Assembly: GCA_963663545.1 (NCBI GenBank) | Contig: OY760505.1 | Span: 256,001 to 320,000 of the forward strand | Direction: 5' to 3' | From: Candidatus Delongbacteria bacterium | Lineage (GTDB): Bacteria > CAIWAD01 | Length of the DNA stretch: 64,000 nt | Part shown: one piece after another, positions 31,620 through 42,445 of the stretch | Layout of the letters: each line of letters opens with the position of its first letter | How positions within the stretch are numbered: the first letter of the stretch is position 1 | Notes under the pieces: generated by a model | Databases searched by the model: none | The model's input: the letters and a program-made list of their open reading frames with translations, nothing else | What the model was told of the DNA's origin: nothing | Program-made: the position numbers and the translations under genes

Positions 31620-33533
31620 TTATCGCTTCAGGTTGATGACGTCGCTCAACATCTCGTCGGAGGTGGTGATCACCTTACCCGAGGCCTGGAAGCCGCGCTG
31701 GGCAATGATCATGTTGGTGAACTCCTCGGAGAGGTCGGTGTTGGACATTTCCAGATAACCGGACTGCACCGTCGAGCCGAAGGTGTTACCCGGCAGACCG
31801 ATCACCGGCGAGCCGGCGCTACCGTTGGCCTGGTAGCTCGAAGTGCCGACGGCGTCCAGACCCTGCGGGTTGGTGAACTGCGCCAACAGAATTTGAGCCA
31901 GCGTCTTGAGCTTGCCGTTGGAATAGACGCCCTGAATGGATCCATCGTCGAGGAAGTCGAGGGATTCCAGCACGCCCATCGGGCTGCCGTCCTGGTCGAT
32001 GGCCAGGGTGGTGGTGGAAGACTCGGTCTGGGTGATGCCGTTGAAGGTACCCGGCTCGCCCACATCAAAGGCGATGTCCATCATCGAGCCCGTGCCCGAA
32101 TCGAAGGTCAGGCTGCCGCCGCCCGAATCGAACTTCCAGCTACCCAGCGATCCATCGTTGTTGAAGACCACCGTACCCGAATTGCCGCTGAAGCTGCGGG
32201 CAGGGAAGGGAATGTCCACTTCCCAGGTCCAGGTGTTGGCTTCTTCGCTGCGGGTGAAGGTCATGGTCAGCGTGTGGGCCGAACCCAGACTGTCGTAGAT
32301 GGTGATGGAGGTGTCGTGGTTGGTATCCGTGGTGGCAACCTGGAAAGTACCCGCCTGCAGTCCCTCCGGTGCGTAGACCGTCAGGCCGCCATCGCCCAGA
32401 TTGGTGATGTTGGTGATCTGACCGGTCAGGGGATCCATGTCACCCAACTCCAGCACGACGGGATCCATCTCGACGCCGCTCGAGGTGGTGAAGATGCTGG
32501 TGGCCACCAGGGTCTCGTCCACACCGTCGTCGGCCACCACATCTGAGGTGCCGAAGACCTGTGACAGGATGTTGCTGGTGGTGGCGTCCTCAGTGAGTTC
32601 CACGTTCAGGTCGCTGCCGTTACCGAAGTAGGTACGATTGATCACCAGCTCACCGTCCACCAGACGGGCCTCGACGCCGGTCGAGGAGTTCTGGATGGTG
32701 CTGATGAAATCGCCGATGGTCGTGTCGGCCGTCAAGCCGTCGATGGTCACGTCGCGCTGTCCGTCGATGGTCAGGGTCAGGTCACCGAAATCGGTAATGC
32801 CCAGCTCCTCGAAGGTCGTGGTCACCAGCAGTTCCATGCCCATGGCATTGGTTCCGGTGAAGGTCGACTGCGTGGCGGCCTCACCGGTGACAGTCACGTC
32901 GTACACTCCACCCAGGCCGTTGTAGGCCGTGCCACTGACACCCGTCACACCGGCGGTGTTGTTGATGTCGACCAGCGAAGCTTCCGAAGTGCTCTCGGTG
33001 GCGTTCAGATTGCACTTGAACTTCACTTCGGTGGTGGCTTCCGGCGCAATCTTCTGGCCCAGCGGGAGGGAGATAGCACCGATCTCGCTGATGTTGGGCA
33101 GCGCGCCATCCTGATCGGCCATCAGGCCCATCACGCGGTAGCCATTGGAAGAAATAAGGTTGCCGCTTTCATCCACCTGGAAAGCACCGTTGCGCGTGTA
33201 GAGGCGCTCGTTGCCGGCGGCGGTGATGAAAAAGGCGTCGCCCTGAATCGCCAGGTCCGTGTTTGTACCCGTCAACTCCAGGTTGCCCTGCTCGAAAATG
33301 CGGTCGATGGAAGAGACCTTCGTACCCAGGCCGATCTGGATCGGCACCAGGGTGGAGGCTCCACCGGCCGGCTTGAAGCTGTTGCGCAGCGTCTGCGAGA
33401 AGGTGTCGGTAAAGTTTACGCGGCTGCGCTTGAAGCCAACGGTGTTTGCGTTGGCAATGTTGTTACCGACCACATCCAGCTTCTGCTGGTGGGCCATCAA
33501 GCCAGAAATTCCTGTGAAGAGAGAACGCAACAT
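31620..33533 (-). CDS. flgE: Flagellar hook protein FlgE (long, 637 aa)
   Basis: SLFTGISGL, GNNIANANTVGFK, DLAIQG, YTRNGAF, LEMSNTDLSEEF, AQRGFQAS. Confidence 0.95.
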   Translation of the reverse strand: MLRSLFTGISGLMAHQQKLDVVGNNIANANTVGFKRSRVNFTDTFSQTLRNSFKPAGGASTLVPIQIGLGTKVSSIDRIFEQGNLELTGTNTDLAIQGDAFFITAAGNERLYTRNGAFQVDESGNLISSNGYRVMGLMADQDGALPNISEIGAISLPLGQKIAPEATTEVKFKCNLNATESTSEASLVDINNTAGVTGVSGTAYNGLGGVYDVTVTGEAATQSTFTGTNAMGMELLVTTTFEELGITDFGDLTLTIDGQRDVTIDGLTADTTIGDFISTIQNSSTGVEARLVDGELVINRTYFGNGSDLNVELTEDATTSNILSQVFGTSDVVADDGVDETLVATSIFTTSSGVEMDPVVLELGDMDPLTGQITNITNLGDGGLTVYAPEGLQAGTFQVATTDTNHDTSITIYDSLGSAHTLTMTFTRSEEANTWTWEVDIPFPARSFSGNSGTVVFNNDGSLGSWKFDSGGGSLTFDSGTGSMMDIAFDVGEPGTFNGITQTESSTTTLAIDQDGSPMGVLESLDFLDDGSIQGVYSNGKLKTLAQILLAQFTNPQGLDAVGTSSYQANGSAGSPVIGLPGNTFGSTVQSGYLEMSNTDLSEEFTNMIIAQRGFQASGKVITTSDEMLSDVINLKR

Positions 33534-33626
33534 GATGCTCTCCTTTCAATCCATCCAATCTGCGTTAATTGATTTGTCAAGTTCGTGTATCACGGCCCTT
33601 ACCCCGTGATACAGCCGGAGTCAGGA

Positions 33627-34352
33627 TCAGAAAAGATCGCCAACAGCACTGGAGCCATTGGCCGTTTCGTCGCCCGTCTCATCCGGTTCTATGATTTCAG
33701 CCACGGAGGCCATCTCAACCTCCTGGTCGTCGATGATCAACAATGCCAGACCCTCACTGAAATGCACTGCGGTTACTTCGCCGCGCAACATGGCACGAAT
33801 CTCTACTTCCTCACCGGCTGAATCCTCAGCGGAGATCTCGATGGTGTAGGTGCCATCGGGAAGCTGCGTACCCGCGCTATCCTTGCCATCCCAAGAGACC
33901 GTGCCATCTCCATTGGGCTCCGTTGTGAAGCTCGCAAGCTGCGCACCCAGCGAATCCAGCACCTTCACCGTTACCTCAGATGGCTCCACCAACGCTTCAT
34001 AGGAAAGGGTGGCTTCGCCATCACGCAGCAAAATGCCATCGTGCACGGCAACCACTTCCTTACCGATCAAACCTGTGGCCATCTCGCTCTGAACGGAGCT
34101 AGCTAGAACCGTGGTCATCTCGATCTGGGTTTCCATCTGATCGTTCAGGTTTTCCATCTGCTCAAGGGAGGAGAATTGGGCGAGCTGCGCGGCGAACTCT
34201 TGTGACTCAAGTGGATTCAGCGGATCCTGATTCTGCAGCTGCACGACAAGCAATTGCAGGAAGTCGTCCTTGCTCATCACGGAGTTGTCACTGACGACGG
34301 ACGAGGCGTCGTAGGTGTAGGTGTTACTACTGATCGCGGTGATGTCACTCAT
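33627..34352 (-). CDS. flgD: Hook cap FlgD
   Basis: FLQLLVVQLQNQDPLNP, QLAQFSSLEQ, WDGKD. Confidence 0.95.
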   Translation of the reverse strand: MSDITAISSNTYTYDASSVVSDNSVMSKDDFLQLLVVQLQNQDPLNPLESQEFAAQLAQFSSLEQMENLNDQMETQIEMTTVLASSVQSEMATGLIGKEVVAVHDGILLRDGEATLSYEALVEPSEVTVKVLDSLGAQLASFTTEPNGDGTVSWDGKDSAGTQLPDGTYTIEISAEDSAGEEVEIRAMLRGEVTAVHFSEGLALLIIDDQEVEMASVAEIIEPDETGDETANGSSAVGDLF

Positions 34353-37300
34353 CTCAATGTCTCCTCACCAAAGGCGGCCATTTCCGATGCGAAATCCGCA
34401 TCGCCCTGTTTCACGCCGACCTCTTCAGGCCGACTCTGACCCTGCTCCTGACCGGATTGCGATCCGGTCTGCTGCCGCCTGGCACTCTCATCCTGCACCG
34501 CCAGCTCCACCTGATCCAGCCGAATGCCGGATCGCTGCAACTGCTCGCGCAGTTCGTTCAACCCCTCGCGCACTGTGTCACGTCCCGCGTGACTCTCAGC
34601 AATCACACGCAGACTTACTTCGCCCTGCTGTTCACTCAACTGCAGCCGAATTCTGCCTAGCTGGGCGGGATTCAACTCCATCAGGGCTTCGCGACGACCG
34701 CTGTACTGCATCAGCCGCATGCGCGCCGATAGGCGCTCCATGTTGGCTATCACCTGTCGACGCTGTTCCGCGCTTTCTTCCGTGGACAGTGAGCGGCTGT
34801 CCATTGTCTGCGCAGTACCTTGCCCGTCGCTGCTGTCAAAGCGCACACGCTGAAGTCCGCTTGTGGAAGCATTCCAGACCACTTTTGTCACGTCTGCAAC
34901 CGGCATCTCCGCAGCCTGCCGTTTCACGCTTGGCAAATCCCGCGCCTGTTTCTGCGAATTGTCTTCCTGTTGCTGTCTCTCGGCGTCTGTTGCGCCAAAA
35001 ACGCGATCCATTTCGCGGCGCAAACGGCTGCCTTCTCCCTGGCTGAGTACACTGTCACGCTCGTTCTGTGTCACAGATGTATCACGGGAATTCGCTTTAA
35101 CTCCGCCGTCTCCACTGTCCAAGCGGTTTCCAAAGCTCGTCGTCTGAAGCGAGTTCACAACTCCCGCCATCTCAGCGCTGCGCATCATTCCCTCGCGGCT
35201 GACCGCAATCAGCACATCCATGTCCTGCAACAAAGCGCTGATGGGACGCTGGCTAATTTGTGCGGACTGAGTTGGTGTCGGTTCAGGAGCTGCAACTAGG
35301 GAAGTTGCGGACTTCTGAAGGGAAAGCTCTTCCGACATTGTTGCAGGCCTTGTGGCGCTTTCTGCCCCTTCTACTTCCTCGGCACTGCGTGCTATATCCA
35401 GCTCGGGCACGGTCCACTCCGTATGTGCAGTGGAGCGATTGCCGGTTTGATTCGCCCAGCGCACAGCGTCAGGCCTAAGCTCATCGTGGATTAGCGATGA
35501 GGTAGCGGTCTGTGTCCCCACGGATGACTGGAACTCATCGGGATTCCCTGTCGCTTTCACGGAAGTAGAATCGTCAGAGGGACTGTCTTGCGCCTGTGTC
35601 ATTTGCTGAGGCTCAGACGGCGTCGCGCTCTGAGATTGCGGCTCAATCGGCAGGGTCGTTGGCTCCGCGACGATCCGTGTCACGGGCGTAGGAGCTGACT
35701 CCATATCAGCAATGGCCTGTGTCTGTGGCGGTGTCACAGTCTGCGGCTGCAGTTCAGTCGGCACGGTCGTTGGATCAGCGGCAACTCGTGTCACAGGCGT
35801 GGAAGTCGATTCGCCAGGCACGCTTGCCTGTGCCTGCGGCTCAATCTGCGATTGCGTGGCGTGTTGCGGCGCAGAGTGAATTGCCTGTTGCGGCTCCGTC
35901 GGCACGACCAACGGCTCAGCGGCAACTCGTGTCACGGGCGTGGAAGTCGAATCGCCAGATGCACCTGCCTGAACCTGCTGCGCGATCTGCGATTGCGCGG
36001 CTTGTTGCGGCGCAGATTGAGTTGCGTGTTGCGGCTCCGTCGGCACGGTTGTTGGATCAGCGGCAACTCGTGTCACGGGCGCGGCTGTCGATTCCGCAGA
36101 TACACTGGCCTGTGCCTGCGGCGCAATCTGCGATTGCGCGGCTTGTTGCGGCGCAGATTGAGTTGCGTGTTGCGGCTCCGTCGGCACGGTTGTTGGATCA
36201 GCGGCAACTCGTGTCACGGGCGCGGCTGTCGATTCCGCAGATACACTGGCCTGTGCCTGCGGCGCAATCTGGGATTGCGTGGATTGTTGCGGCGCAGAGT
36301 GAGTTGCCTGCTGCGGCTCCGTCGGCACGGCCAAAGGCTCAGCGGCAACTCGTGTCACGAGCGCGGCTGTAGAGTCGCCTGACACACTTGTCTGTGCCTG
36401 CGGCACGATCTGCGATTGCGCGGCTTGTTGCGGCGCAGACTGAGTTGCCTGCTGCGGCTGCGTCGGCGCGGCCACCGGTTCAACGGCAACTCGTGTCACG
36501 AGCGCGGCTGTAGAGTCGCCTGACACACTTGTCTGTGCCTGCGGCACGATCTGCGATTGCGCGGCTTGTTGTGGCGCAGAGTGAGTTGCCTGCTGCGGCT
36601 CCGTCGGCACGGCCATCGGCTCAACGCCAACTCGTGTCACGGGCGTGGAAGTCGACTCGCCAGATGCACCAGCCTGAACATGCTGCACGATCTTCGATTG
36701 CGCGGCTTGTTGCGGCGCAGACTGAGTTGCCTGCTGCGGCTGCGTCGGCGCGGCCACCGGTTCAACGGCAACTCGTGTCACGAGCGCGGCTGTAGAGTCG
36801 CCTGACACACTTGTCTGTGCCTGCGGCACGATCTGCGATTGCGCGGCTTGTTGTGGCGCAGAGTGAGTTGCCTGCTGCGGCTCCGTCGGCACGGCCATCG
36901 GCTCAACGCCAACTCGTGTCACGGGCGTGGAAGTCGACTCGCCAGATGCACCAGCCTGAACATGCTGCACGATCTTCGATTGCGCGGCTTGTTGCGGCGC
37001 AGAGTGGGTTGCCTGCTGCGGATCAGTCGAAACGACCGATGGCTCGACGGCTACTCGTGTCACGGACACGGCTGTCGATTCGCCAGACACGTTTGCCTGG
37101 TCCTGCTGCGCGATCTGCGATTGCGCGGTTTGTTGCGGCGCAGATTGAGTTGCCTGTTGCGGCTGCGTCGGCGCGGCCACCGGTTCAACGGCAACTCGTG
37201 TCACGAGCGCGGCTGTAGAGTCGCCTGACACACTTGTCTGTGCCTGCGGCTCGATCTGGGATTGCGCGGCGTGTTGCGGCGCAGAGTGAGTTGCCTGTTG

Positions 37301-40300
37301 CGGCTCCGTCTGCACGGCCAACGGCTCAGCGGCAACTCGTGTCACGGGCGCGGAAGTCGATTCGCCAGGCACGCGTGCTTGAACCTGCGGCTCGATCTGC
37401 GACTGCGCGGCGTGTGGCGGCGCAGAGTGAATTGCCTGTTGCGGCTCCGTCGAAACGACCGTTGACTCAACGACGACTCGTGTCACGGGCGCAGCAGTCG
37501 ATTCGCCAGGCACGCTTGCTTGAACCTGCTGCGCGATCTGCGATTGCGCGGCTTGTTGCGGCGCAGAGTGAGGTGCCTGTTGCGGCTCAGTTGGCACGCC
37601 CAAAGGTTCAACGGCTGCTCGTGTCACGGGCGCAGCAGTCGATTCGCCAGGCACGCTTGCCTGGGCCTGCGGCTCAATCTTCGATTGCGTGGATTGTTGC
37701 GGCGCAGAGTGAGTTGCCTGTTGCGGCTCCGTCGAAACAACCGTTGACTCAGCGACAACTCGTGTCACAGGCGCAGCAGTCGATTCGCCAGACACACTAG
37801 ACTGAACCTGCTGTGCGATCTGCGATTGCGCGGCTTGCTGCGGCGCAGAGTGAATTGCCTGCTGCGACTCCGTCGGCGAGGCCAACGGCTCAGCGCCAAC
37901 TCGTGTCACGGGCGTGGAAGTCGACTCGCCAGATGCACCAGCCAGAACATGCTGCGTGATCTGCGATTTCGTGGCGTGTTGCGGCGCAGAGTGGGTGGCC
38001 TGTTGCGGCTCCGTCGGCGCGGCCATCGGCTCAGCGTTAACTCGTGTCACGGGCGCAGAAGTCGATTCGCCAGATGCACCAGCCAGAACATGCTGCGTGA
38101 TCTGCGATTTCGTGGCGTGTTGCGGCGCAGAGTGGGTGGCCTGTTGCGGCTCCGTCGGCGCGGCCATCGGCTCAGCGTTAACTCGTGTCACGGGCGCAGA
38201 AGTCGATTCGCCAGGCACGCTTGCTTGAACCTGCTGCGCGATCTGCGATTGCGCGGCTTGTTGCGGCGCAGAGTGAGTTGCCTGCTGCGGCTCCGTCGAA
38301 ACGACCGTTGACTCAACGACGACTCGTGTCACGGGCGCAGCAGTCGATTCGCCAGGCACGCTTGCTTGAACCTGCTGCGCGATCTGGGATTGCGCGGCTT
38401 GTTGCGGCGCAGAGTGAGGTGCCTGTTGCGGCTCAGTTGGCACGCCCAAAGGTTCAACGGCTGCTCGTGTCACGGGCGCAGCAGTCGATTCGCCAGGCAC
38501 GCTTGCTTGAACCTGCTGCGCGATCTGGGATTGCGTGGCGTGTTGCGGCTCTGTCGGCGAGACCAACGGCTCGGCGGCAACTCGTGTCATAGGCACAGCA
38601 GTCGATTCGCCAGGCACGTGTGCTTGAACCTGCGGCTCGATCTGCGACTGCGCAGCGTGTTGCGGCGCAGAGTGGGTGGCCTGTTGCGGCTCCGTCGGCG
38701 CAGCCATCGGCTCAACGGCAACTCGTGTCAAGGGCGCAGAAGCAGACTCGGAAGGCACGCTTGCTTGAACCTGCTGCGTGATCTGCGATTGCGTGGCGTG
38801 TTGCGGCGCAGAGTGGGTGGCCTGTTGCGGCTCCGTCGGCACGGTCGTTGGATCAGCGGCAACTCGTGTCACAGGCATTGAAGTCGATTCGCCTGACACG
38901 CTTGCCCGTACCTGCGGCGCGATCTTCGATTGCGCGGCTTGTTGCGGCGCAGAGTGAGTTGCCTGCAGCGGCTCCGTCGGCACGGCCAAAGGCTCAGCGG
39001 CACCTCGTGTCACGGGCACGGCAGTCGAATCGCCAGATGCACCTGCCTGAACCTGTTGCGCGATCTTCGATTGCGCGGCTTGTTGCGGCGCAGAGTGAAT
39101 TGCCTGTTGCGGCTCTGTCGGCACGACCAACGGTTCAGCGACTACTCGTGTCACGGGCGTTGAAGTCGATTCGCCAGACATGCTTGCCTGGGCCTGCGGC
39201 TCAATCTGCGATTGCGCAGCGTGTTGCGGTGCAGAGTGAGGTGCCTGTTGCGGCTCCGTCGGCACGGCCATCGGCTCAGCGGCAACTCGTGTCACAGGCG
39301 CAGCAGTCGATTCGCCAGGCACGCTTGCCTGGGCCTGCTGCGCGATCTGCGATTGCGCGGCTTGTTGCGGCGCAGAGTGAGGTGCCTGCTGAGGCTCCGT
39401 TGGCGCGGCCAACGGTTCAGCGGCAACTCGTGTCACGGGCGCAGAAGCAGACTCGGAAGGCACGCTTGCCTGGGCCTGCGGCTCAATCTTCGATTGCGTG
39501 GCGTGTTGCGGCGCAGAGTGGGTTGCCTGTTGCGGCTCCGTCGACACGGCCAAAGGTTCAACGGCAACTCGTGTCACAGGCGCAGCAGTCGATTCGCCAG
39601 ACACGCTTGCCTGGGCCTGCGGCTCAATCTTCGATTGCGTGGATTGTTGCGGCGCAGAGTGAGTTGCCTGCAGCGGCTCCGACAGCACGGCCACCGGTTC
39701 GGTGGCAACTCGTGTCACGGGCGCAGAAGTCGATTCGCCAGGCACGCTTGCTTGAACCTGCTGCACGATCTTCGATTGCGCAGCTAGTTGCGGCGTAGGT
39801 TGGGTTGCCTGCTGCGGCTCCGTCGGCGCGACCAAAGGTTCAACGGCAACTCCAGTCACGGGCGCGGAAGTCGACTCGCCAGATGCACCAGCCTGAACAT
39901 GCTGCATGATCTTCGATTGCGTGGCGTTTTGCGGCGCAGAGTGAGTTGCCTGCAGCGGCTCAGTTGGCACGGCCAACGGTTCAACGGCAACTCGTGTCAC
40001 GGGCGCAGAAGCAGACTCGGAAGGCACGCTTGCTTGAACCTGCTGCGCGATCTGCGATTGCGTGGCGTGTTGCGGCGCAGAGTGGGTTGCCTGTTGCGGC
40101 TCCGTCGGCGCAGCCATCGGCTCAACGGCAACTCGTGTCACGGGCGAGGCTGTCGACTCGCCAGAAGCACCAGCCTGAACATGCTGCACGATCTTCGATT
40201 GCGCAGCTAGTTGCGGCGTAGGTTGGGTTGCCTGTTGCGGCTCCGTCGGCACGGCCATCGGCTCAGCGCCAACTCGTGTCACGGGCGCGGCAGTCGATAC

Positions 40301-42436
40301 GGCAGACACACTGGCCTGTGCCTGCGGCTCGATCTGCGATTGCGTGGCTTGCTGCGGCGCAGACTGTGTTGCCTGCTGCGGCTCCGTCGGCACGGCCAAT
40401 GGCTCAACGGCACCTCGTGTCACGGACGCGGCTGTCGATTCGCCAGATGCACCAGCCTGAACATGCTGCACGATCTTCGATTGCGCAGCTAGTTGCGGCG
40501 CAGAGTGGGTTGCCTGCTGCGGCTCCGTCGGCACGGCCAATGGCTCAACGGCACCTCGTGTCACGGACGCGGCTGTCGATTCGCCAGACACGTTTGCCTG
40601 GTCCTGCTGCGCGATCTGCGATTGCGCGGCTTGTTGCGGCGTAGGTTGGGTTGCCTGCTGCGGCTCCGTCGGCACGGTCGTTGGATCAGCGGCAACTCGT
40701 GTCACAGGCATTGAAGTCGATTCGCCTGACACGCTTGTCTGGGCCTGGGTCTCGATCTGCGATTGCGTGGCGTTTTGCGGCGCAGAGTGAGTTGCCTGTT
40801 GCGGCTCCGTCGGCGCAGCCAACGGCTCAGCGGCACCTCGTGTCACAGACGCGGCTGTCGATTCGGCAGACACGCTTGCCTGGTCCTGCTGCGCGATCTG
40901 CGATTGCGCGGCTTGTTGCGGCGTAGGTTGGGTTGCCTGCTGCGGCTCCGTCGGCACGGTCGTTGGATCAGCGGCAACTCGTGTCACAGGCATTGAAGTC
41001 GATTCGGCAGACACACTGGCCTGTGCCTGCGGCTCGATCTGCGACTGCATGGATTGCTGCGGCGCAGAGTGAATTGCCTGCTGCGACTCCGTCGGCGAGG
41101 ACAACGGCTCAGCGCCAACTCGTGTCACGGGCGTGGAAGTCGACTCGCCAGATGCACCAGCCTGAACATGCTGCACGATCTTCGATTGCGCAGCTTGTTG
41201 CGGCGTAGATTGGGTCGCCTGCTGCGGCTCCGTCGGCACGGTCGTTGGATCAGCGGCAACTCGTGTCACGGGCGCAGTGGCAGACTCACTAGAGGCGACG
41301 GCCTGTGTCTGTGTCTGTGTCGTTGCTCGCGGTTGCGGCGCAGGCTGCGCACTAGCAGTCGCGATCTCCTGTCTTGCCATTTGCGGCATCGCAACTGCAT
41401 CTGGCCGACTTGTTGAACGGGAAGCAGAATCGCCGTCAAGCTGTGACACGTGCGTTGGCGAAGTTTCTGCAGCCCCAGCCCGCACGGCAGGATTCACAGG
41501 CTCCCGCGAGATCGTGGTCGACTCTTTCGTAAAGACATCGCTTGTCCGATAGCGAATCTGCGCGCTACGCTCGCGCTGCCAGTCCTCCAACGCATCGGCC
41601 TCGTCCTGGAGCTGTTTGAAAGCAAGCACGCCCGATTCTTCGTCAGCGGAAGAGGCTTCGGTCTCGGCACTGGAGTGTGTCACAGCTTCTGCAGGCGATT
41701 CGCTTGTCCTCGGGACATCTGCACTTGTCTGCAGCGTATCACCGGCTTGCGACCGGTCCTGCCGGGTCAAGGTCTGAGCAAGACTCTGCTTCTGAGTCTG
41801 CTGCTGTGCCAACGGTTCCGTCTTCAGCAGCTGCACTTCAGGCCGTGCTTCTGCTGTAGCACGTGGCAGGTTCACGGGAGCTGCATCACCGCGCTGGTAT
41901 TCGTCCGGAGCAGCAACACCACTCATCGAGTCGTTGGCAGCTTCCTCGCCGGTCTTTTTGGCTAGGACGTCAACGCCCTCAGTCGCAGGGCGCGAAGTGG
42001 TGTTTGAGGAGACACTCCACAGCAGTGTGCCTGCCGCATCGGACGATGGTTCCTGCAGCAACTCATGGCTAGGCTCGGATTCATCTTCGCTACCGAAAGA
42101 TGGTGCGAGGGAAGCGTCGACAGCCTTTCGTGACACGGGCTCATCCTGAATCAGCCACTCCTCCAGTAGTTCGCTGGCGCGTGATACGCCGACCGCCGGT
42201 CGTTGCGTGATCAACTGAGAAGTCTGCTCAGGCAGGCTCGAGTTTTTTGTCTTCTCTGCCGATTGATACTGCGCCAGCGCAGCAGCAAAGCTCGTGGCTT
42301 TCCCGCCCTCCTGACTGCGCAGTTCGGCAAGCAGCTGCTCCAACTGGCGACCGGGTGACGCAGAGACGCCTGTACCGGCTTGTTCGCCGGTAGCAAAAAA
42401 GAAGAAACTGCTCTGCGAGTCGACCCTGCCCTGCAT
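34349..42436 (-). CDS. fliK: Flagellar hook-length control protein FliK, giant, with a central 47-aa repeat
   Basis: Lies just upstream of flgD; C-terminal Flg_hook domain (LNPAQLGRIRLQL…LNELREQLQRSGI); ATG after AGGAG; uninterrupted frame. Confidence 0.88.
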   Translation of the reverse strand: MQGRVDSQSSFFFFATGEQAGTGVSASPGRQLEQLLAELRSQEGGKATSFAAALAQYQSAEKTKNSSLPEQTSQLITQRPAVGVSRASELLEEWLIQDEPVSRKAVDASLAPSFGSEDESEPSHELLQEPSSDAAGTLLWSVSSNTTSRPATEGVDVLAKKTGEEAANDSMSGVAAPDEYQRGDAAPVNLPRATAEARPEVQLLKTEPLAQQQTQKQSLAQTLTRQDRSQAGDTLQTSADVPRTSESPAEAVTHSSAETEASSADEESGVLAFKQLQDEADALEDWQRERSAQIRYRTSDVFTKESTTISREPVNPAVRAGAAETSPTHVSQLDGDSASRSTSRPDAVAMPQMARQEIATASAQPAPQPRATTQTQTQAVASSESATAPVTRVAADPTTVPTEPQQATQSTPQQAAQSKIVQHVQAGASGESTSTPVTRVGAEPLSSPTESQQAIHSAPQQSMQSQIEPQAQASVSAESTSMPVTRVAADPTTVPTEPQQATQPTPQQAAQSQIAQQDQASVSAESTAASVTRGAAEPLAAPTEPQQATHSAPQNATQSQIETQAQTSVSGESTSMPVTRVAADPTTVPTEPQQATQPTPQQAAQSQIAQQDQANVSGESTAASVTRGAVEPLAVPTEPQQATHSAPQLAAQSKIVQHVQAGASGESTAASVTRGAVEPLAVPTEPQQATQSAPQQATQSQIEPQAQASVSAVSTAAPVTRVGAEPMAVPTEPQQATQPTPQLAAQSKIVQHVQAGASGESTASPVTRVAVEPMAAPTEPQQATHSAPQHATQSQIAQQVQASVPSESASAPVTRVAVEPLAVPTEPLQATHSAPQNATQSKIMQHVQAGASGESTSAPVTGVAVEPLVAPTEPQQATQPTPQLAAQSKIVQQVQASVPGESTSAPVTRVATEPVAVLSEPLQATHSAPQQSTQSKIEPQAQASVSGESTAAPVTRVAVEPLAVSTEPQQATHSAPQHATQSKIEPQAQASVPSESASAPVTRVAAEPLAAPTEPQQAPHSAPQQAAQSQIAQQAQASVPGESTAAPVTRVAAEPMAVPTEPQQAPHSAPQHAAQSQIEPQAQASMSGESTSTPVTRVVAEPLVVPTEPQQAIHSAPQQAAQSKIAQQVQAGASGDSTAVPVTRGAAEPLAVPTEPLQATHSAPQQAAQSKIAPQVRASVSGESTSMPVTRVAADPTTVPTEPQQATHSAPQHATQSQITQQVQASVPSESASAPLTRVAVEPMAAPTEPQQATHSAPQHAAQSQIEPQVQAHVPGESTAVPMTRVAAEPLVSPTEPQHATQSQIAQQVQASVPGESTAAPVTRAAVEPLGVPTEPQQAPHSAPQQAAQSQIAQQVQASVPGESTAAPVTRVVVESTVVSTEPQQATHSAPQQAAQSQIAQQVQASVPGESTSAPVTRVNAEPMAAPTEPQQATHSAPQHATKSQITQHVLAGASGESTSAPVTRVNAEPMAAPTEPQQATHSAPQHATKSQITQHVLAGASGESTSTPVTRVGAEPLASPTESQQAIHSAPQQAAQSQIAQQVQSSVSGESTAAPVTRVVAESTVVSTEPQQATHSAPQQSTQSKIEPQAQASVPGESTAAPVTRAAVEPLGVPTEPQQAPHSAPQQAAQSQIAQQVQASVPGESTAAPVTRVVVESTVVSTEPQQAIHSAPPHAAQSQIEPQVQARVPGESTSAPVTRVAAEPLAVQTEPQQATHSAPQHAAQSQIEPQAQTSVSGDSTAALVTRVAVEPVAAPTQPQQATQSAPQQTAQSQIAQQDQANVSGESTAVSVTRVAVEPSVVSTDPQQATHSAPQQAAQSKIVQHVQAGASGESTSTPVTRVGVEPMAVPTEPQQATHSAPQQAAQSQIVPQAQTSVSGDSTAALVTRVAVEPVAAPTQPQQATQSAPQQAAQSKIVQHVQAGASGESTSTPVTRVGVEPMAVPTEPQQATHSAPQQAAQSQIVPQAQTSVSGDSTAALVTRVAVEPVAAPTQPQQATQSAPQQAAQSQIVPQAQTSVSGDSTAALVTRVAAEPLAVPTEPQQATHSAPQQSTQSQIAPQAQASVSAESTAAPVTRVAADPTTVPTEPQHATQSAPQQAAQSQIAPQAQASVSAESTAAPVTRVAADPTTVPTEPQHATQSAPQQAAQSQIAQQVQAGASGDSTSTPVTRVAAEPLVVPTEPQQAIHSAPQHATQSQIEPQAQASVPGESTSTPVTRVAADPTTVPTELQPQTVTPPQTQAIADMESAPTPVTRIVAEPTTLPIEPQSQSATPSEPQQMTQAQDSPSDDSTSVKATGNPDEFQSSVGTQTATSSLIHDELRPDAVRWANQTGNRSTAHTEWTVPELDIARSAEEVEGAESATRPATMSEELSLQKSATSLVAAPEPTPTQSAQISQRPISALLQDMDVLIAVSREGMMRSAEMAGVVNSLQTTSFGNRLDSGDGGVKANSRDTSVTQNERDSVLSQGEGSRLRREMDRVFGATDAERQQQEDNSQKQARDLPSVKRQAAEMPVADVTKVVWNASTSGLQRVRFDSSDGQGTAQTMDSRSLSTEESAEQRRQVIANMERLSARMRLMQYSGRREALMELNPAQLGRIRLQLSEQQGEVSLRVIAESHAGRDTVREGLNELREQLQRSGIRLDQVELAVQDESARRQQTGSQSGQEQGQSRPEEVGVKQGDADFASEMAAFGEETLR
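35720..41330 (-). repeat. ~40 tandem 141-bp (47-aa) repeats inside fliK
   Basis: Unit of type PVTRVAAEPLAVPTEPQQATHSAPQQAAQSQIAQQVQASVPGESTAA; one shortened 39-aa unit; copy number estimated as span/141. Confidence 0.95.
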
Positions 42437-42445
42437 GGGCAACTC

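Noticed and set aside
35719-41416. Many repetitive plus-strand ORFs
   Set aside because: Antisense translations of the fliK repeat array.
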